From Eledone cirrhosa (Eukaryota): a stretch of DNA of 64,000 bases. The stretch spans positions 247,008,001 through 247,072,000 of the forward strand of contig OZ024741.1 of NCBI GenBank assembly GCA_964016885.1, written 5' to 3'. Both the position numbers and the translations under genes were made by a program. The notes under the pieces were generated by a model that worked only from the letters and a program-made list of their open reading frames with translations, was not told the DNA's origin and did no database searches. This document shows, in pieces, positions 24,101 through 39,100 of this stretch (position 1 is its first letter; each line of letters starts with the position of its first letter).

Positions 24101-27100
24101 TTTTTACAAATTATCTCCCCCTGATTTTTTTTTCAAATTATCTCCCCCTGATTTTTTTTACAAATTATCTCCCCCCTGATTTTTTTACAAATTATCTCCC
24201 CTTGGCTGGCTGGAAATTATCTCCCCTTGGAGGCTGGAACTTATCTCCCCTTGGACGGCTAGAAATTACCTCTCCTTGGACGGCTGGAAAATATGTCTCC
24301 TTGGACGGCTGGATATTATCTCCCCTTGGACGGCTGAAAATTATCTCCCCTTGGACGGCTGGAAATTATCTCCCCTTGGATGGCTAAATATTACCTCCCC
24401 TTGGACGGCTGGAAATTATCTCCCCCTGATTTTTTTTACAAATTATCTCCCCCTGATTTTTTTTTACAAATTATCTCCCCCTGATTTTTGTTTACAAATT
24501 ATCTCCGCCTGATTTTTAAAAAAAAATTATCTCCCCTTGGACGGCTGGAAATTATCTCCCCTTGGACGGCTAGAAATTACCTCCTTGGACGGCTGAAAAT
24601 TATCTCCCCTTGGACGGCTGGAAATTATCTCCCCTTGATTTTTTTACAAATTATCTCCCCCTGATTTTTTTTTTACAAATTATCTCCCCCTGATTTTTTT
24701 TTACAAATTATCTACCTCTGATTTTTTTTTACTAATTATCTCCCCCTGATTTTTTTTACAAATTATCTCCCCTGATTTTTTTTTACAAATTATCTCCCCC
24801 TGATTTTTTTATAAATTATCTCCCCCTGATTTTTTTTACAAATTATCTCCGCCTGATTTTTTTAAATATTATCTCTCCTTGGCTGGCGGGAAATTATCTC
24901 CCCTTGGACGGCTGGAAATTATCTCCCCTTGGAAGGATGGAAATTATCTCCCCTTGGACGGCTGGAAATTATCTACCCCTGATTTTTTTTACAAATTATC
25001 TCCCCCTGATTTTTTTACAAATTATCTCCCCCTGATTTTTTTTACAAATTATCTCCGCCTGATTTTTTTAAATGTTATCTCTCCTTGGCTGGCGGGAAAT
25101 TATCTCCCCTTGGACGGCTGGAAATTATCTCCCCTTGGAAGGATGGAAATTATCTCCGCCTGATTTTTTTAAATGTTATCTCTCCTTGGCTGGCGGGAAA
25201 TTATCTCTCCTTGGACGGCTGGAAATTATCTCCCCTTGGAAGGATGGAAATTATCTCCCCTTGGACGGCTGAAAATTATCTACCCCTGATTTTTTTTACA
25301 AATTATCTCCCCCTGATTTTTTTTACAAATTATCTCCCCCTGATTTTTTTTACAAATTATCCACCCCTGATTTTTTTTACAAATTATCTCCCCCTGATTT
25401 TTTTTACAAATTATCTCCCCCTGATTTTTTTTTACAAATTATCTCCCCCTGATTTTTTTTTTACAAATTATCTCCCCCTGATTTTTTTACAAATTATCTC
25501 CCCCTGATTTTTTTTACAATCTCCGCCTGATTTTTTAAAAAATTATCTTCCCTTGGCTGGCGGGAAATTATCTCCCCTTGGACGGCTGGAAATTATCTCC
25601 CCTTGGAAGGATGGAAATTATCTCCCCTTGGACGGCTGGAAATTATCTCCCCTTGCACGGCTGGAAATTATAGCCCCTTGGAGGGCTGGAAATTATCTCC
25701 CCTTGATATTTTTTACAAATTATCTCCCCCTGATTTTTTTTTCAAATTATCTCCCCCTGATTTTTTTTACAAATTATCTCCCCCCTGATTTTTTTACAAA
25801 TTATCTCCCCTTGGCTGGCTGGAAATTATCTCCCCTTGGAGGCTGGAACTTATCTCCCCTTGGACGGCTAGAAATTACCTCTCCTTGGACGGCTGGAAAA
25901 TATGTCTCCTTGGACGGCTGGATATTATCTCCCCTTGGACGGCTGGAAATTATCTCCCCTTGGACGGCTGGAAATTATCTCCCCTTGGATGGCTAGATAT
26001 TACCTCTCCTTGGACGGCTGAAAATTATCTCCCCTTGGACGGCTGGAAATTATCTCCCCTTGATTTTTTTACAAATTATCTCCCCCTGATTTTTTTTTAC
26101 AAATTATCTCCCCCTGATTTTTTTTTACAAATTATCTACCCCTGATTTTTTTTTACAAATTATCTCCCCCTGATTTTTTTTACAAATTATCTCCCCCTGA
26201 TTTTTTTTTACAAATTATCTCCCCCTGATTTTTTTACAAATTATCTCCCCCTGATTTTTTTAAATATTATCTCTCCTTGGCTGGCGGGAAATTATCTCCC
26301 CTTGGACGGCTGGAAATTATCTCCCCTTGGAAGGATGGAAATTATCTCCCCTTGGACGGCTGGAAATTATCTACCCCTGATTTTTTTTATAAATTATCTC
26401 CCCCTGATTTTTTTACAAATTATCTCCCCCTGATTTTTTTACAAATTATCTCCGCCTGATTTTTTTAAATGTTATCTCTCCTTGGCTGGCGGGAAATTAT
26501 CTCCCCTTGGACGGCTGGAAATTATCTCCCCTTGGAAGGATGGAAATTATCTCCCCTTGGAGGGCTGAAAATTATCTACCCCTGATTTTTTTTACAAATT
26601 ATCTCCCCCTGATTTTTTTTACAAATTATCTCCCCCTGATTTTTTTTACAAATTATCTACCCCTGATTTTTTTTACAAATTATCTCCCCCTGATTTTTTT
26701 TACAAATTATCTCCCCCTGATTTTTTTTTTACAAATTATCTCCCCCTGATTTTTTTACAAATTATCTCCCCCTGATTTTTTTTTTACAAATTATCTCCCC
26801 CTGATTTTTTTACAAATTATCTCCCCTTGGCTGGCTGGAAATTATCTCCCCTTGGAGGCAGGAACTTATCTCCCCTTGGACGGCTAGAAATTACCTCTCC
26901 TTGGACGGCTGGAAAATATGTCTCCTTGGACGGCTGGATATTATCTCCCCTTCGACGGCTGTAAATTATCTCCCCTTGGACGGCTGGAAATTATCTCCCC
27001 TTGGATGGCTAGATATTACCTCCCCTTGGACGGCTGGAAATTATCTCCCCTTGATATTTTTTACAAATTATCTCCCCCTGATTTTTTTTTACAAATTATC

Positions 27101-30100
27101 TCCCCCTGATTTTTTTTTACAAATTATCTCCCCCTGATTTTTGTTTACAAATTATCTCCGCCTGATTTTTAAAAAAAAATTATCTCCCCTTGGACGGCTG
27201 GAAATTATCTCCCCTTGGACGGCTAGAAATTACCTCTCCTTGGACGGCTGAAAATTATCTCCCCTTGGACGGCTGGAAATTATCTCCCCTTGATTTTTTT
27301 ACAAATTATCTCCCCCTGATTTTTTTTTTACAAATTATCTCCCCCTGATTTTTTTTTACAAATTATCTACCCCTGATTTTTTTTACAAATTATCTCCCCC
27401 TGATTTTTTTACAAATTATCTCCCCCTGATTTTTTTTTACAAATTATCTCCCCCTGATTTTTTTACAAATTATCTCCCCCTGATTTTTTTTACAAATTAT
27501 CTCCGCCTGATTTTTTTAAATATTATCTCTCCTTGGCTGGCGGGAAATTATCTCCCCTTGGACGGCTGGAAATTATCTCCCCTTGGAAGGATGGAAATTA
27601 TCTCCCCTTGGACGGCTGGAAATTATCTACCCCTGATTTTTTTTACAAATTATCTCCCCCTGATTTTTTTACAAATTATCTCCCCCTGATTTTTTTTACA
27701 AATTATCTCCGCCTGATTTTTTTAAATGTTATCTCTCCTTGGCTGGCGGGAAATTATCTCCCCTTGGACGGCTGGAAATTATCTCCCCTTGGAAGGATGG
27801 AAATTATCTCCCCTTGGACGGCTGAAAATTATCTCCCCTTGGAGGCTGGAACTTATCTCCCCTTGGACGGCTAGAAATTACCTCTCCTTGGACGGCTGGA
27901 AAATATGTCTCCTTGGACGGCTGGATATTATCTCCCCTTGGACGGCTGGAAATTATCTCCCCTTGGACGGCTGGAAATTATCTCCCCTTGGATGGCTAGA
28001 TATTACCTCCCCTTGGACGGCTGGAAATTATCTCCCCTTGATTTTTTTTACAAATTATCTCCCCCTGATTTTTTTTTACAAATTATCTTCCCCTGATTTT
28101 TTTTTACAAATTATCTCCCCCTGATTTTTGTTTACAAATTATCTCCGCCTGATTTTTTTAAAAAAATTATCTCCCCTTGGACGGCTGGAAATTATCTCCC
28201 CTTGGACGGCTAGAAATTACCTCCTTGGACGGCTGAAAATTATCTCCCCTTGGACGGCTGGAAATTATCTCCCCTTGATTTTTTTACAAATTATCTCCCC
28301 CTGATTTTTTTTTCAAATTATCTCCCCCTGATTTTTTTTACAAATTATCTCCCCCCTGATTTTTTTACAAATTATCTCCCCTTGGCTGGCTGGAAATTAT
28401 CTCCCCTTGGAGGCTGGAACTTATCTCCCCTTGGACGGCTAGAAATTACCTCTCCTTGGACGGCTGGAAAATATGTCTCCTTGGACGGCTGGATATTATC
28501 TCCCCTTGGACGGCTGGAAATTATCTCCCCTTGGACGGCTGGAAATTATCTCCCCTTGGATGGCTAGATATTACCTCCCCTTGGACGGCTGGAAATTATC
28601 TCCCCTTGATTTTTTTTACAAATTATCTCCCCCTGATTTTTTTTTACAAATTATCTCCCCCTGATTTTTTTTTAAAAATTATCTCCCCCTGATTTTTGTT
28701 TACAAATTATCTCCGCCTGATTTTTTTTTAAAAATTATCTCCCCTTGGACGGCTGGAAATTATCTCCCCTTGGACGGCTGGAAATTATATCTCCTTGGAC
28801 GGCTAGAATTTACCTCTCCTTGGACGGCTGAAAATTATCTCCCCTTGGACGGCTGGAAATTATCTCCCCTTGATTTTTTTTACAAATTATCTCCCCCTGA
28901 TTTTTTTTTACAAATTATCTCCCCCTGATTTTTTTTTACAAATTATCTCCCCCTAATTTTTTTTTACAAATTATCTCCCCCTAATTTTTTTACAAATTAT
29001 CTCCCCTTGGCTGGCTGGAAATTATCTCCCCTTGGAGGCTGGAACTTATCTCCCCTTGGACGGCTAGAAATTACGTCTCCTTGGACGGCTGGAAAATATG
29101 TCTCCTTGGACGGCTCGATATTATCTCCCCTTGGACGGCTGGAAATTATCTCCCCTTGGACGGCTGGAAATTATCTCCCCTTGGATGGCTAGATATTACC
29201 TCCCCTTGGACGGCTGGAAATTATCTCCCCTTGATTTTTTTTACAAATTATCTCCCCCTGATTTTTTTTTACAAATTATCTACCCCTGATTTTTTTTTAC
29301 AAATTATCTCCCCCTGATTTTTGTTTACAAATTATCTCCGCCTGATTTTTTTAAAAAAATTATCTCCCCTTGGACGGCTGGAAATTATCTCCCCTTGGAC
29401 GGCTAGAAATTACCTCTCCTTGGACGGCTGAAAATTATCTCCCCTTGGACGGCTGGAAATTATCTCCCCTTGATTTTTTTACAAATTATCTCCCCCTGAT
29501 TTTTTTTTTTACAAATTATCTCCCCCTGATTTTTTTTTACAAATTATCTACCCCTGATTTTTTTTTACAAATTATCTCCCCCTGATTTTTTTTACAAATT
29601 ATCTCCCCCTGATTTTTTTTTACAAATTATCTCCCCCTGATTTTTTTACAAATTATCTCCCCCTGATTTTTTTTACAAATTATCTCCGCCTGATTTTTTT
29701 AAATATTATCTCTCCTTCGCTGGCGGGAAATTATCTCCCCTTGGACGGCTGGAAATTATCTCCCCTTGGAAGGATGGAAATTATCTCCTCTTGGACGGCT
29801 GGAAATTATCTACCCCTGATTTTTTTTACAAATTATCTCCCCCTGATTTTTTTACAAATTATCTCCCCCTGATTTTTTTTACAAATTATCTCCGCCTGAT
29901 TTTTTTAAATGTTATCTCTCCTTGGCTGGCGGGAAATTATCTCTCCTTGGACGGCTGGAAATTATCTCCCCTTGGAAGGATGGAAATTATCTCCCCTTGG
30001 ACGGCTGAAAATTATCTACCCCTGATTTTTTTTACAAATTATCTCCCCCTGATTTTTTTTACAAATTATCTCCCCCTGATTTTTTTTACAAATTATCTAC

Positions 30101-33100
30101 CCCTGATTTTTTTTACAAATTATCTCCCCCTGATTTTTTTTACAAATTATCTCCCCTGATTTTTTTTTTACAAATTATCTCCCCCTGATTTTTTTTTTAC
30201 AAATTATCTCCCCCTGATTTTTTTACAAATTATCTCCCCTTGGCTGGCTGGAAATTATCTCCCCTTGGAGGCTGGAACTTATCTCCCCTTGGACGGCTAG
30301 AAATTACCTCTCCTTGGACGGCTGGAAAATATGTCTCCTTGGACGGCTGGATATTATCTCCCCTTGGACGGCTGGAAATTATCTCCCCTTGGACGGCTGG
30401 AAATTATCTCCCCTTGGATGGCTAGATATTACCTCCCCTTGGACGGCTGGAAATTATCTCCCCTTGATTTTTTTTACAAATTATCTCCCCCTGATTTTTT
30501 TTTACAAATTATCTCGCCCTGATTTTTTTTTACAAATTATCTCCCCCTGATTTTTGTTTACAAATTATCTCCGCCTGATTTTTTTAAAAAAATTATCTCC
30601 CCTTGGACGGCTGGAAATTATCTCCCCTTGGACGGCTAGAAATTACCTCTCCTTGGACGGCTGAAAATTATCTCCCCTTGGACGGCTGGAAATTATCTCC
30701 CCTTGATTTTTTTACAAATTATCTCCCCCTGATTTTTTTTTTACAAATTATCTCCCCCTGATTTTTTTTTACAAATTATCTACCCCTGATTTTTTTTACA
30801 AATTATCTCCCCCTGATTTTTTTTACAAATTATCTCCCCCTGATTTTTTTTTACAAATTATCTCCCCCTGATTTTTTTACAAATTATCTCCCCCTGATTT
30901 TTTTTACAAATTATCTCCGCCTGATTTTTTTAAATATTATCTCTCCTTGGCTGGCGGGAAATTATCTCCCCTTGGACGGCTGGAAATTATCTCCCCTTGG
31001 AAGGATGGAAATTATCTCCCCTTGGACGGCTGGAAATTATCTACCCCTGATTTTTTTTACAAATTATCTCCCCCTGATTTTTTTACAAATTATCTCCCCC
31101 TGATTTTTTTTACAAATTATCTCCGCCTGATTTTTTTAAATGTTATCTCTCCTTGGCTGGCGGGAAATTATCTCCCCTTGGACGGCTGGAAATTATCTCC
31201 CCTTGGAAGGATGGAAATTATCTCCCCTTGGACGGCTGGAAATTATCTACCCCTGATTTTTTTTACAAATTATCTCCCCCTGATTTTTTTTACAAATTAT
31301 CCTCCCCTGATTTTTTTTACAAATTATCTACCCCTGATTTTTTTTACAAATTATCTCCCCCTGATTTTTTTTACAAATTATCTCCCCCTGATTTTTTTTT
31401 TACAAATTATCTCCCCCTGATTTTTTTACAAATTATCTCCCCCTGATTTTTTTTACAAATTATCTCCGCCTGATTTTTTTAAATGTTATCTCTCCTTGGC
31501 TAGCGGGAAATTATCTCCCCTTGGACGGCTGGAAATTATCTCCCCTTGGAAGGATGGAAATTATCTCCCCTTGGACGGCTGGAAATTATCTACCCCTGAT
31601 TTTTTTTACAAATTATCTACCCCTGATTTTTTTTACAAATTATCTCCCCCTGATTTTTTTTTACAAATTATCTACCCCTGATTTTTTTACAAATTATCTC
31701 CCCTTGGCTGGCTGGAAATTATCTCCCCTTGGACGGCTAGAAATTACCTCTCCTTGGACGGCTGAAAATTATCTCCCCTTGGACGGCTGGAAATTATCTC
31801 CCCTTGATTTTTTTACAAATTATCACCCCCTGATTTTTTTTTTACAAATTATCTCCCCCTGATTTTTTTTTACAAATTATCTCCCCCTGATTTTTGTTTA
31901 CAAATTATCTCCGCCTGATTTTTTAAAAAAAATTATCTCCCCTTGGACGGCTGGAAATTATCTCCCCTTGGACGGCTAGAAATTACCTCCTTGGACGGCT
32001 GAAAATTATCTCCCCTTGGACGGCTGGAAATTATCTCCCCTTGATTTTTTTACAAATTATCTCCCCCTGATTTTTTTTTACAAATTATCTCCCCCTGATT
32101 TTTTTTTACAAATTATCTACCCCTGATTTTTTTTTACAAATTATCTCCCCCTGATTTTTTTTACAAATTATCTCCCCTGATTTTTTTTTACAAATTATCT
32201 CCCCCTGATTTTTTTACAAATTATCTCCCCCTGATTTTTTTTACAAATTATCTCCGCCTGATTTTTTTAAATATTATCTCTCCTTGGCTGGCGGGAAATT
32301 ATCTCCCCTTGGACGGCTGGAAATTATCTCCCCTTGGAAGGATGGAAATTATCTCCCCTTGGACGGCTGGAAATTATCTACCCCTGATTTTTTTTACAAA
32401 TTATCTCCCCCTGATTTTTTTACAAATTATCTCCCCCTGATTTTTTTTACAAATTATCTCCGCCTGATTTTTTTAAATGTTATCTCTCCTTGGCTGGCGG
32501 GAAATTATCTCCCCTTGGACGGCTGGAAATTATCTCCCCTTGGAAGGATGGAAATTATCTCCCCTTGGACGGCTGGAAATTATCTACCCCTGATTTTTTT
32601 TACAAATTATCTCCCCCTGATTTTTTTTACAAATTATCTCCCCCTGATTTTTTTTACAAATTATCTACCCCTGATTTTTTTACAAATTATCTCCCCTTGG
32701 CTGGCTGGAAATTATCTCCCCTTGGACGGCTAGGAATTACCTGTCCTTGGACGGCTGAAAATTATCTCCCCTTGGACGGCTGGAAATTATCTCCCCTTGA
32801 TTTTTTTACAAATTATCTCCCCCTGATTTTTTTTTTACAAATTATCTCCCCCTGATTTTTTTTTACAAATTATCTACCCCTGATTTTTTTTTACAAATTA
32901 TCTCCCCTTGATTTTTTTTACAAATTATCTCCCCCTGATTTTTTTTTACAAATTATCTCCCCCTGATTTTTTTTTACAAATTATCTCCCCCTGATTTTTG
33001 TTTACAAATTATCTCCGCCTGATTTTTTTAAAAAAATTATCTCCCCTTGGACGGCTGGAAATTATCTCCCCTTGGACGGCTAGAAATTACCTCTCCTTGG

Positions 33101-36100
33101 ACGGCTGAAAATTATCTCCCCTTGGACGGCTGGAAATTATCTCCCCTTGATTTTTTTACAAATTATCTCCCCCTGATTTTTTTTTTACAAATTATCTCCC
33201 CCTGATTTTTTTTTACAAATTATCTACCCCTGATTTTTTTTTACAAATTATCTCCCCCTGATTTTTTTAAATGTTATCTCTCCTTGGCTGGCGGGAAATT
33301 ATCTCCCCTTGGACGGCTGGAAATTATCTCCCCTTGGAAGGATGGAAATTATCTCCCCTTGGACGGCTGAAAATTATCTACCCCTGATTTTTTTTACAAA
33401 TTATCTCCCCCTGATTTTTTTACAAATTATCTCCGCCTGATTTTTTTAAATGTTATCTCTCCTTGGCTGGCGGGAAATTATCTCCCCTTGGACGGCTGGA
33501 AATTATCTCCCCTTGGAAGGATGGAAATTATCTCCCCTTGGACGGCTGAAAATTATCTACCCCTGATTTTTTTTACAAATTATCTCCCCCTGATTTTTTT
33601 TACAAATTATCTCCCCCTGATTTTTTTTTACAAATTATCTCCCCCTGATTTTTTTTTTACAAATTATCTCCCCCTGATTTTTTTACAAATTATCTCCCCC
33701 TGATTTTTTTTACAATCTCCGCCTGATTTTTTAAAAAATTATCTTCCCTTGGCTGGCGGGAAATTATCTCCCCTTGGACGGCTGGAAATTATCTCCCCTT
33801 GGAAGGATGGAAATTATCTCCCCTTGGACGGCTGGAAATTATCTCCCCTTGCACGGCTGGAAATTATAGCCCCTTGGAGGGCTGGAAATTATCTCCCCTT
33901 GATATTTTTTTACAAATTATCTCCCCCTGATTTTTTTTTCAAATTATCTCCCCCTGATTTTTTTTACAAATTATCTCCCCCCTGATTTTTTTACAAATTA
34001 TCTCCCCTTGGCTGGCTGGAAATTATCTCCCCTTGGAGGCTGGAACTTATCTCCCCTTGGACGGCTAGAAATTACCTCTCCTTGGACGGCTGGAAAATAT
34101 GTCTCCTTGGACGGCTGGATATTATCTCCCCTTGGACGGCTGGAAATTATCTCCCCTTGGACGGCTGGAAATTATCTCCCCTTGGATGGCTAGATATTAC
34201 CTCCCCTTGGACGGCTGGAAATTATCTCCCCTTGATTATTTTTACAAATTATCTCCCCCTGATTTTTTTTTACAAATTATCTCCCCCTGATTTTTTTTTA
34301 AAAATTATCTCCCCCTGATTTTTGTTTACAAATTATCTCCGCCTGATTTTTTTTTAAAAATTATCTCCCCTTGGACGGCTGGAAATTATCTCCCCTTGGA
34401 CGGCTGGAAATTATATCTCCTTGGACGGCTAGAATTTACCTCTCCTTGGACGGCTGAAAATTATCTCCCCTTGGACGGCTGGAAATTATCTCCCCTTGAT
34501 TTTTTTTTACAAATTATCTCCCCCTGATTTTTTTTTACAAATTATCTCCCCCTGATTTTTTTAAATATTATCTCTCCTTGGCTGGCGGGAAATTATCTCC
34601 CCTTGGACGGCTGGAAATTATCTCCCCTTGGAAGGATGGAAATTATCTCCCCTTGGACGGCTGGAAATTATCTACCCCTGATTTTTTTTACAAATTATCT
34701 CCCCCTGATTTTTTTACAAATTATCTCCGCCTGATTTTTTTAAATGTTATCTCTCCTTGGCTGGCGGGAAATTATCTCCCCTTGGACGGCTGGAAATTAT
34801 CTCCCCTTGGAAGGATGGAAATTATCTCCCCTTGGACGGCTGAAAATTATCTACCCCTGATTTTTTTTACAAATTATCTCCCCCTGATTTTTTTTACAAA
34901 TTATCTCCCCCTGATTTTTTTTACAAATTATCTACCCCTGATTTTTTCTACAAATTATCTCCCCCTGATTTTTTTTACAAATTATCTCCCCCTGATTTTT
35001 TTTTTACAAATTATCTCCCCCTGATTTTTTTACAAATTATCTCCCCCTGATTTTTTTTTTACAAATTATCTCCCCCTGATTTTTTTACAAATTATCTCCC
35101 CTTGGCTGGCTGGAAATTTTCTCCCCTTGGAGGCTGGAACTTATATCCCCTTGGACGGCTAGAAATTACCTCTCCTTGGACGGCTGGAAAATATGTCTCC
35201 TTGGACGGCTGGATATTATCTCCCCTTGGACGGCTGGAAATTATCTCCCCTTGGACGGCTGGAAATTATCTCCCCTTGGATGGCTAGATATTACCTCCCC
35301 TTGGACGGCTGGAAATTATCTCCCCTTGATTTTTTTTACAAATTATCTCCCCCTGATTTTTTTTTACAAATTATCTCCCCCTGATTTTTTTTTACAAATT
35401 ATCTCCCCCTGATTTTTGTTTACAAATTATCTCCGCCTGATTTTTAAAAAAAAATTATCTCCCCTTGGACGGCTGGAAATTATCTCCCCTTGGACGGCTA
35501 GAAATTACCTCCTTGCACGGCTGAAAATTATCTCCCCTTGGACGGCTGGAAATTATCTCCCCTTGATTTTTTTACAAATTATCTCCCCCTGATTTTTTTT
35601 TTACAAATTATCTCCCCCTGATTTTTTTTTACAAATTATCTACCCCTGATTTTTTTTTACAAATTATCTCCCCCTGATTTTTTTTACAAATTATCTCCCC
35701 TGATTTTTTTTTACAAATTATCTCCCCCTGATTTTTTTACAAATTATCTCCCCCTGATTTTTTTTACAAATTATCTCCGCCTGATTTTTTTAAATATTAT
35801 CTCTCCTTGGCTGGCGGGAAATTATCTCCCCTTGGACGGCTGGAAATTATCTCCCCTTGGAAGGATGGAAATTATCTCCCCTTGGACGGCTGGAAATTAT
35901 CTACCCCTGATTTATTTTACAAATTATCTCCCCCTGATTTTTTTTTACAAATTATCTACATCTGATTTTTTTACAAATTATCTCCCCTTGGCTGGCTGGA
36001 AATTATCCCCCCTTGGACGGCTAGAAATTACCTCTCCTTGGACGGCTGAAAATTATCTCCCCTTGGACGGCTGGAAATTATCTCCCCTTGATTTTTTAAC

Positions 36101-39100
36101 AAATTATCTCCCCCTGATTTTTTTTTTACAAATTATCTCCTCCTGATTTTTTTTTACAAATTATCTACCCCTGATTTTTTTTTACAAATTATCTCCCCCT
36201 GATTTTTTTTTACAAATTATCTCCCCCTGATTTTTGTTTACAAATTATCTCCGCCTGATTTTTAAAAAAAAATTATCTCCCCTTGGACGGCTGGAAATTA
36301 TCTCCCCTTTGACGGCTAGAAATTACCTCCTTGGACGGCTGAAAATTATCTCCCCTTGGACGGCTGGAAATTATCTCCCCTTGATTTTTTTACAAATTAT
36401 CTCCTCCTGATTTTTTTTTTACAAATTATCTCCCCCTGATTTTTTTTTACAAATTATCTACCCCTGATTTTTTTTTACAAATTATCTCCCCCTGATTTTT
36501 TTTACAAATTATCTCCCCTGATTTTTTTTTACAAATTATCTCCCCCTGATTTTTTTACAAATTATCTCCCCCTGATTTTTTTTACAAATTATCTCCGCCT
36601 GATTTTTTTAAATATTATCTCTCCTTGGCTGGCGGGAAATTATCTCCCCTTGGACGGCTGGAAATTATCTCCCCTTGGAAGGATGGAAATTATCTCCCCT
36701 TGGACGGCTGGAAATTATCTACCCCTGATTTTTTTTACAAATTATCTCCCCCTGATTTTTTTACAAATTATCTCCCCCTGATTTTTTTTACAAATTATCT
36801 CCGCCTGATTTTTTTAAATGTTATCTCTCCTTGGCTGGCGGGAAATTATCTCCCCTTGGACGGCTGGAAATTATCTCCCCTTGGAAGGATGGAAATTATC
36901 TCCCCTTGGACGGCTGGAAATTATCTACCCCTGATTTTTTTTACAAATTATATCCCCCTGATTTTTTTACAAATTATCTCCCCTTGGCTGGCTGGAAATT
37001 ATCTCCCCTTGGACGGCTAGAAATTACCTGTCCTTGGACGGCTGAAAATTATCTCCCCTTGGACGGCTGGAAATTATCTCCCCTTGATTTTTTTACAAAT
37101 TATCTCCCCCTGATTTTTTTTTTACAAATTATCTCCCCCTGATTTTTTTTGACAAATTATCTACCCCAGATTTTTTTTTACAAATTATCTCCCCTTGATT
37201 TTTTTTACAAATTATCTCCCCCTGATTTTTTTTTACAAATTATCTCCCCCTGATTTTTTTTTACAAATTATCTCCCCCTGATTTTTGTTTACAAATTATC
37301 TCCGCCTGATTTTTTTAAAAAAATTATCTCCCCTTGGACGGCTGGAAATTATCTCCCCTTGGACGGCTAGAAATTACCTCTCCTTGGACGGCTGAAAATT
37401 ATCTCCCCTTGGACGGCTGGAAATTATCTCCCCTTGATTTTTTTACAAATTATCTCCCCCTGATTTTTTTTTTACAAATTATCTCCCCCTGATTTTTTTT
37501 TACAAATTATCTACCCCTGATTTTTTTTTACAAATTATCTCCCCCTGATTTTTTTTACGAATTATCTCCCCCTGATTTTTTTTTACAAATTATCTCCCCC
37601 TGATTTTTTTAAATGTTATCTCTCCTTGGCTGGCGGGAAATTATCTCCCCTTGGACGGCTGGAAATTATCTCCCCTTGGAAGGATGGAAATTATCTCCCC
37701 TTGGACGGCTGAAAATTATCTACCCCTGATTTTTTTTACAAATTATCTCCCCCTGATTTTTTTACAAATTATCTCCGCCTGATTTTTTTAAATGTTATCT
37801 CTCCTTGGCTGGCGGGAAATTATCTCCCCTTGGACGGCTGGAAATTATCTCCCCTTGGAAGGATGGAAATTATCTCCCCTTGGACGGCTGAAAATTATCT
37901 ACCCCTGATTTTTTTTACAAATTATCTCCCCCTGATTTTTTTACAAATTATCTCCCCCTGATTTTTTTTACAAATTATCTACCCCTGATTTTTTTTACAA
38001 ATTATCTCCCCCTGATTTTTTTTACAAATTATCTCCCCCTGATTTTTTTTTACAAATTATCTCCCCCTGATTTTTTTTTTACAAATTATCTCCCCCTGAT
38101 TTTTTTACAAATTATCTCCCCCTGATTTTTTTTACAATCTCCGCCTGATTTTTTAAAAAATTATCTTCCCTTGGCTGGCGGGAAATTATCTCCCCTTGGA
38201 CGGCTGGAAATTATCTCCCCTTGGAAGGATGGAAATTATCTTCCCTTGGACGGCTGGAAATTATCTCCCCTTGCACGGCTGGAAATTATAGCCCCTTGGA
38301 GGGCTGGAAATTATCTCCCCTTGATATTTTTTACAAATTATCTCCCCATGATTTTTTTTTCAAATTATCTCCCCCTGATTTTTTTTACAAATTATCTCCC
38401 CCCTGATTTTTTTACAAATTATCTCCCCTTGGCTGGCTGGAAATTATCTCACCTTGGAGGCTGGAACTTATCTCCCCTTGGACGGCTAGAAATTACCTCT
38501 CCTTGGACGGCTGGAAAATATGTCTCCTTGGACGGCTGGATATTATCTCCCCTTGGACGGCTGGAAATTATCTCCCCTTGGACGGCTGGAAATTATCTCC
38601 CCTTGGATGGCTAGATATTACCTCCCCTTGGACGGCTGGAAATTATCTCCCCTTGATTATTTTTACAAATTATCTCCCCCTGATTTTTTTTTACAAATTA
38701 TCTCCCCCTGATTTTTTTTTAAAAATTATCTCCCCCTGATTTTTGTTTACAAATTATCTCCGCCTGATTTTTTTAAAAAAATTATCTCCCCTTGGACGGC
38801 TGGAAATTATCTCCCCTTGGACGGCTGGAAATTATATCTCCTTGGACGGCTAAAATTTACCTCTCCTTGGACGGCTGAAAATTATCTCCCCTTGGACGGC
38901 TGGAAATTATCTCCCCTTGATTTTTTTTACAAATTATCTCCCCCTGATTTTTTTTTACAAATTATCTCCCCCTGATTTTTTTTTACAAATTATCTCCCCC
39001 TGATTTTTTTTACAAATTATCTCCGCCTGATTTTTTAAAATATTATCTCTCCTTGGCTGGCGGGAAATTATCTCCCCTTGGACGGCTGGAAATTATCTCC

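Larger units (their letters stand above)
6972..30492 (+). repeat. Long segmental (super-higher-order) repeat, copy 1
   Basis: Collinear with 43374-64000. ORF offsets are 36,402 (7458/43860, 7800/44202), 36,347 (8551/44898), 36,374 (9075/45449, 9984/46358), 33,509 (15128/48637 through 25885/59394) and 33,508 (26277/59785 through 30240/63748). Many private variants are shared. Confidence 0.92.
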